Source: Macrostomum lignano | Lineage: Eukaryota | Direction of reading: 5' to 3' | Assembly (NCBI GenBank): GCA_002269645.1 | Contig: NIVC01002265.1 | Span: 1-46,081 of the forward strand | DNA length: 46,081 nucleotides | In this document: piece by piece, positions 41,902 to 46,081 of the stretch | Layout: the number at the start of each line of letters is the position of its first letter | How positions within the stretch are numbered: position 1 is the stretch's first letter | The notes under the pieces: generated by a model | Seen by the model: only the letters and a program-made list of their open reading frames with translations | Databases searched by the model: none | What the model was told of the DNA's origin: nothing | Translations under genes and position numbers: made by a program

Positions 41902-41939
41902 TGCCTGAAGATGGCTAGTTTTAGCCGAAACGCGTCGCA
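41902..41939 (+). ncRNA. Minimal type I hammerhead ribozyme motif (PLE-type)
   Basis: CUGAAGA 41905-41911; stem II GGCUA/UAGCC with GUUU loop; GAAA 41927-41930; palindromic ACGCGU at stem III; GUC cleavage triplet 41934-41936; stem I only 3 bp (UGC/GCA). Confidence 0.7.
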
Positions 41940-42342
41940 AATAATATTGAGCTTCACTTGACTTTTAGTATTAAGATTATATTGACTCCATTTAAAAATC
42001 CATTCAAATCATTCTATGAAGACCTTTTTAAACTAGGCCTAGAAATTTTTGGCATAAATATTATCTCCTAAATAATAATTCTTTCGATGTCTTATAAGTC
42101 CTAATGTTTTTTGATAGGGCATCTAAGAGTACTCCCTTGTTTCAAATTTTAGTTCTGAATTTTTACCAAAAAGGTCATCTTGATTGACTATGTCTACAGT
42201 GTATTCTGATCTAACAGTGGAAATTTTTTGAAAATCAGTTAAGACGTCTCTTGTCTTGTCTTGATTTCATTATCTCGTATAATGGTCCTATTTTGAGTTG
42301 TTTTTCTTCTAATAGCTAATAATTGTAATTATCTCTGCTTTC

Positions 42343-45300
42343 ATGTCGCTCTCTCTCTGCCGCTGTTACAGCAGCATTGGAAATGCAGCTGCAGTGACAG
42401 CGGCTGTAACGGCGGCGGCCTATTCAACAAAGATAGCCACTGGCCGCTCATCCTCTGCTTCTGCCAGCTCATCCGGCCGTTTCCGCTCTCGCCCGCAGCG
42501 GTCGACACTGCGCGGCGTTGATCGGCTGCGCGACTGGGCACTCAGTAGCCTGGTCCATTGTCAGCCTGACGACCTGATCGCCTGCATGCACCCGCTGACA
42601 GCTCGCGGCGGGTCGGCTGGCGACCTGCTCGATGATTCCACGCCAGCTGATGCGCTTGTCCACCGGCTGTTGGCGCCTGGCGATGTGGCTGGGCTGCAGG
42701 CTGAGCGGCTGCTGCTGAGCTCCACTGCGTTTGCCGTCTGCCTGCCGTCTGGACCGCTGACTTCCGAGGAGCTGCTGCACCTGGCTCGGTTTCCTGATCC
42801 TGTAAGCCGCTGCTGTGTGATGCTGCTGTGATGCAGATCTGGGAGGGCGGCTGTGGCCCAGCAACTGAGGATCTGGGAGGGCGGCCCTGCAACTGGGGAT
42901 CTAAGAGGGCGGCAGTGGCCAGCAACTGAGGATCTGGGAGTGTGGCGGTGACCCCAGCAGCTGAGGATCTGGGAGGGTGGCTCAGCAACTGAGGATCTGG
43001 GAGCATAGCAGTGGTCCAGCAACTGAGGATCTGGGAGCATAGCAGTGGTCCAGCAACTGAGGATCTGGGAGCATAGCAGTGGTCCAGCAACTGAGGATCT
43101 GGGAGGGCGGCGGTGACCCCAGCAACTGAGGATCTGGGAGGGCGGCTCAGCAACTGAGGATCTGGGAGGGCGGCTCAGCAACTGAGGATCTGGGAGGGCG
43201 GCTCAGCAACTGAGGATCTGTGAGGGCGGCTCAGCAACTGAGGATCTGGGAGGGCGGCTCAGCAACTGAGGATCTGGGAGGGCGGCTCAGCAACTGAGGA
43301 TCTGGGAGGGTGGCTCAGCAACTGAGGATCTGGAAGGGCGGCTCAGCAACTGAGGATCTGGAAGGGTGGCCCTGCAACTAGGGATCTGGGAGGGCGGCAG
43401 TGGCCCAGCAACTGAGGATCTGGGAGGGCGGCGGTGACCCCAGCAACTGGGGATCTGGGAGGGCGGCGGTGACCCAGCAACTGGGGATCTGGGAGGGCGG
43501 CTCAGCAACTGAGGATCTGGGAGGGTGGTCCAGCAACTGAGGATCTGGGAGCATGACAGTGGTCCAGCAACTGAGGATTCTTGAGGTACACAGGTACTTC
43601 ACTAAAGCTCTAGGAAATTGGCCTGGTAACTGTTTAACTTATGGATCTAGGAGAATGCTACCCGCTCAATCTGGGTACTTCGTTGGATGACATCGCAAGC
43701 CATGAGTATGTGGGAGGGTGTCAGCTAAAAATCCCAAGCTCGCATGTCCCCAATCCTTGCCCAATCGCCCAGGCAGACAGGCTGCTGGCTTACCAAGGCC
43801 TGTACCGGCTGGCGCTGCACCAAAGCCAAGACGATTGGCTGGCCAGACCGCCTGGCCAGGCCATCCAGCTGGCTCGCAGCTTGGCCGGCTTGGCCCTGGA
43901 GGCTGGACTGCCAACGGAGGAGCGGCAGCCGTTGCTATTGGACTTCTCCGGCTACAGCAATGGCCATCTGGAGTGGCGCCATCTGGCCCGCCAGGTGCTG
44001 CTCTGTCTGCAAGCTAACTATGCAGCTGATCGCCCGTTTCACCTAATCGCCTGCGGCCTGCATCCCGACTGCGTGTTTCGTCAGTATTTTACTCTCGCCA
44101 CTGGCGGCGTGGGCTTCGATGAGCTGCCGTTGGACTCTGTTGATAGTCTGGAGTCAGCCGTGGCCAGGTATTGAATGCGTTGCATTTTTAGGGTATTAGG
44201 ACCATGATTTTAATGTAATTCAAATCAGCATCCAGCTTGATCCAACAGATCATCCCAGCCTTGACCAATAGATCATCCCAGCCCTGACCAATAGATCATC
44301 CCAGCCCTGACCAATAGATCATCCAGCCTTGACCAATAGATCATCCCAGCCCTGACCAATAGATCATCCCAGCCCTGACTAATAGATCACCCCAGCCCTG
44401 ACCAATAGATCACCCCAGCCCTGACCAATAGATCATCCCAGCCCTGACTAATAGATCATCCCAGCCTTGACCAATAGATCATCCAGCCCTGACCAATAGA
44501 TCACCCCAGCCCTGACCAATAGATCATCCCAGCCCTGACTAATAGATCATCCCAGCCCTGACTAATAGATCATCCCAGCCCTGACTAATAGATCATCCCA
44601 GCCCTGACTAATAGATCATCCCAGCCCTGACCAATAGATCATCCCAGCCCTGACCAATAGATCATCCCAGCTCAGTCCAATAGATCACCCAGCTCAGTCC
44701 AATAGATCACCCAGCTCAGTCCAATAGATCACCCAGCTCAGTCCAATAGATCGCTCAGCTCAGTCCAATAGATCGCTCAGCTCAGTCCAATAGATCGCTC
44801 AGCTCAGTCCAATAGATCGCTCAGCTCAGTCCAATAGATCGCTCAGCTCAGTCCAATAGATCGCTCAGCTCAGTCCAATAGATCGCTCAGCTCAGTCCAA
44901 TAGATCGCTCAGCTCAGTCCAATAGATCGCTCAGCTCAGTCCAATAGATCGCTCAGCTCAGTCCAATAGATCGCTCAGCTCAGTCCAATAGATCGCTCAG
45001 CTCAGTCCAATAGATCGCTCAGCTCAGTCCAATAGATCGCTCAGCTCAGTCCAATAGATCACCCAGCTCAGTCCAATAGATCACCCAGCTCAGTCCAATA
45101 GATCACCCAGCTCAGTCCAATAGATCACCCAGCTCAGTCCAATAGATCACCCAGCTCAGTCCAATAGATCACCCAGCTCAGTCTAATAGATCACCCAGCT
45201 CAGTCAATAGATCACCCAGCTCAGTCCAATAGATCACCAGCTCAGTCCAATAGATCGCTCAGCTCAGTCCAATAGATCGCTCAGCTCAGTCCAATAGATC

Positions 45301-46081
45301 GCTCAGCTCAGTCAATAGATCACTCAGCTCAGTCCAATAGATCACCAGCTCAGTCCAATAGATCACCAGCTCAGTCCAATAGATCACCCAGCTCAGTCCA
45401 ATAGATCACCCAGCTCAGTCCAATAGATCACCCAGCTCAGTCCAATAGATCACCCAGCTCGATCTAATAGATCACATCAGCTCAGTCCAATAGATCGTTC
45501 AGCTCAGTCCAATAGATCACCCAGCTCAGTCCAATAGATCACAGCTCAGTCCAATAGATCACCCAGCTCAGTCCAATAGATCACCCAGCTCAGTCCAATA
45601 GATCACCCAGTTCAGTCCAATAGATCACCCCAGCTCAGATCCAAAAGCTTGAAGCATGCAATAACCGAATCTAACAAAGTACACCAAGAACTTTCGCTGT
45701 CATTCCCCATCTATAGATTCGGCCGCGATCGGCTACTCTATCTATCGGCATTTTCGCCAACGCGGCTCCCAATGCCGAACGGCTATTCCAACCCAACACT
45801 TCGTCTTCATCATCGTTTCAATCGCCTTCCGTCGCTCTAATTGTCGGCGTGACCGCATCTGGCGACGCTGCAACCGGTTGTCGTGGCTCGGGCCGAGCAG
45901 TTCGGCCTGAGACACGCCCGCCTACCGCTGCTGATCGGTGTAGGAGCGGCGGGCGGACGGTTAGTAACCGGCCTGCCCGATCTGCCTATCGCCCGCTCAC
46001 TAAACTGCTGCTTCGGTTGGCCGACACGGCGGCGCCTGGGCGGTGGCTTCTCGCGAGGTGCCCGATCGATATTTGGACAAT
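42343..46081 (+). CDS. TRMT10C: TRMT10C/MRPP1-like SPOUT tRNA methyltransferase; exons 42343-42801, 43773-44167, 45717 to beyond the window end
   Basis: Ser/Arg/Ala-rich leader. QPLLLDFS...QVLLCLQANYAADRPFHLIAC resembles QPLVFDM...DPFHIYFC; FGRDRLLYLS resembles FPKDSIIYLT; ARAEQFGLRHARLPL resembles AKAKRLNLATECLPL. Splice phases 0 and 2 are consistent. Exon 3 needs several frame switches. Confidence 0.72.
42833..43580 (+). repeat. 28-34-bp minisatellite (CAGCAACTGAGGATCTGGGAGGGCGGCT)n filling TRMT10C intron 1
   Basis: Direct reading; 21-bp core identical to the 15933-16455 array. Confidence 0.95.
44243..45640 (+). repeat. Bipartite 22/23-bp minisatellite filling TRMT10C intron 2
   Basis: (CCCAGCCCTGACCAATAGATCAT)n to ~44668, then (CAGCTCAGTCCAATAGATCACC/CGCT)n. 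Confidence 0.96.

Larger units (their letters stand above)
41237..41951. mobile_element. Inverted pair of 5'-truncated Penelope-like (GIY-YIG) retroelement 3' ends
   Basis: Arms 41281-41605 and 41631-41951 are reverse complements around a 25-nt spacer. The right arm reads KPTLNVQLSGGGASEQLLVF* (41631-41693), resembling the C-terminus of a PLE endonuclease. Each arm ends in a hammerhead motif. Direct repeat GCTTCACTTGA at 41226-41236 and 41951-41961. Confidence 0.8.

Noticed and set aside
42542-43602. PPRSSVAG-repeat ORFs on the minus strand
   Set aside because: Minisatellite in TRMT10C intron 1.

Overview
Eukaryotic (animal) genomic DNA with GT-AG introns; no prokaryotic operons, rRNA or CRISPR arrays. 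The GC-rich exons, AT-rich spacers and minisatellite-filled introns suggest a free-living flatworm such as Macrostomum (inference only). Genes reconstructed by hand, all with consistent splice phases: (1) a 15-exon ELKS/CAST/ERC (Bruchpilot-like) coiled-coil gene on the minus strand (16767->1075), about 1718 aa if two single-base frameshifts are corrected; (2) a 2-exon Rab43/Rab19 GTPase with an atypical G4 box; (3) a 2-exon, 4-EF-hand calmodulin-like gene; (4) an intronless secreted 301-aa protein facing a decayed inverted paralog across a (GACA)n array; (5) a TRMT10C/MRPP1-like tRNA methyltransferase gene running off the right end. Mobile DNA includes a ~670-bp near-perfect palindrome made of two Penelope-like 3' ends, each carrying a hammerhead ribozyme motif; a solo LTR with a 4-bp TSD inserted in a minisatellite; two related MITEs with 8-bp TSDs; Helitron-like ends; and two tRNA-derived SINE families. 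About 20 tandem arrays explain most of the long ORFs in the supplied track. All homology calls are from motif recognition, not database searches.
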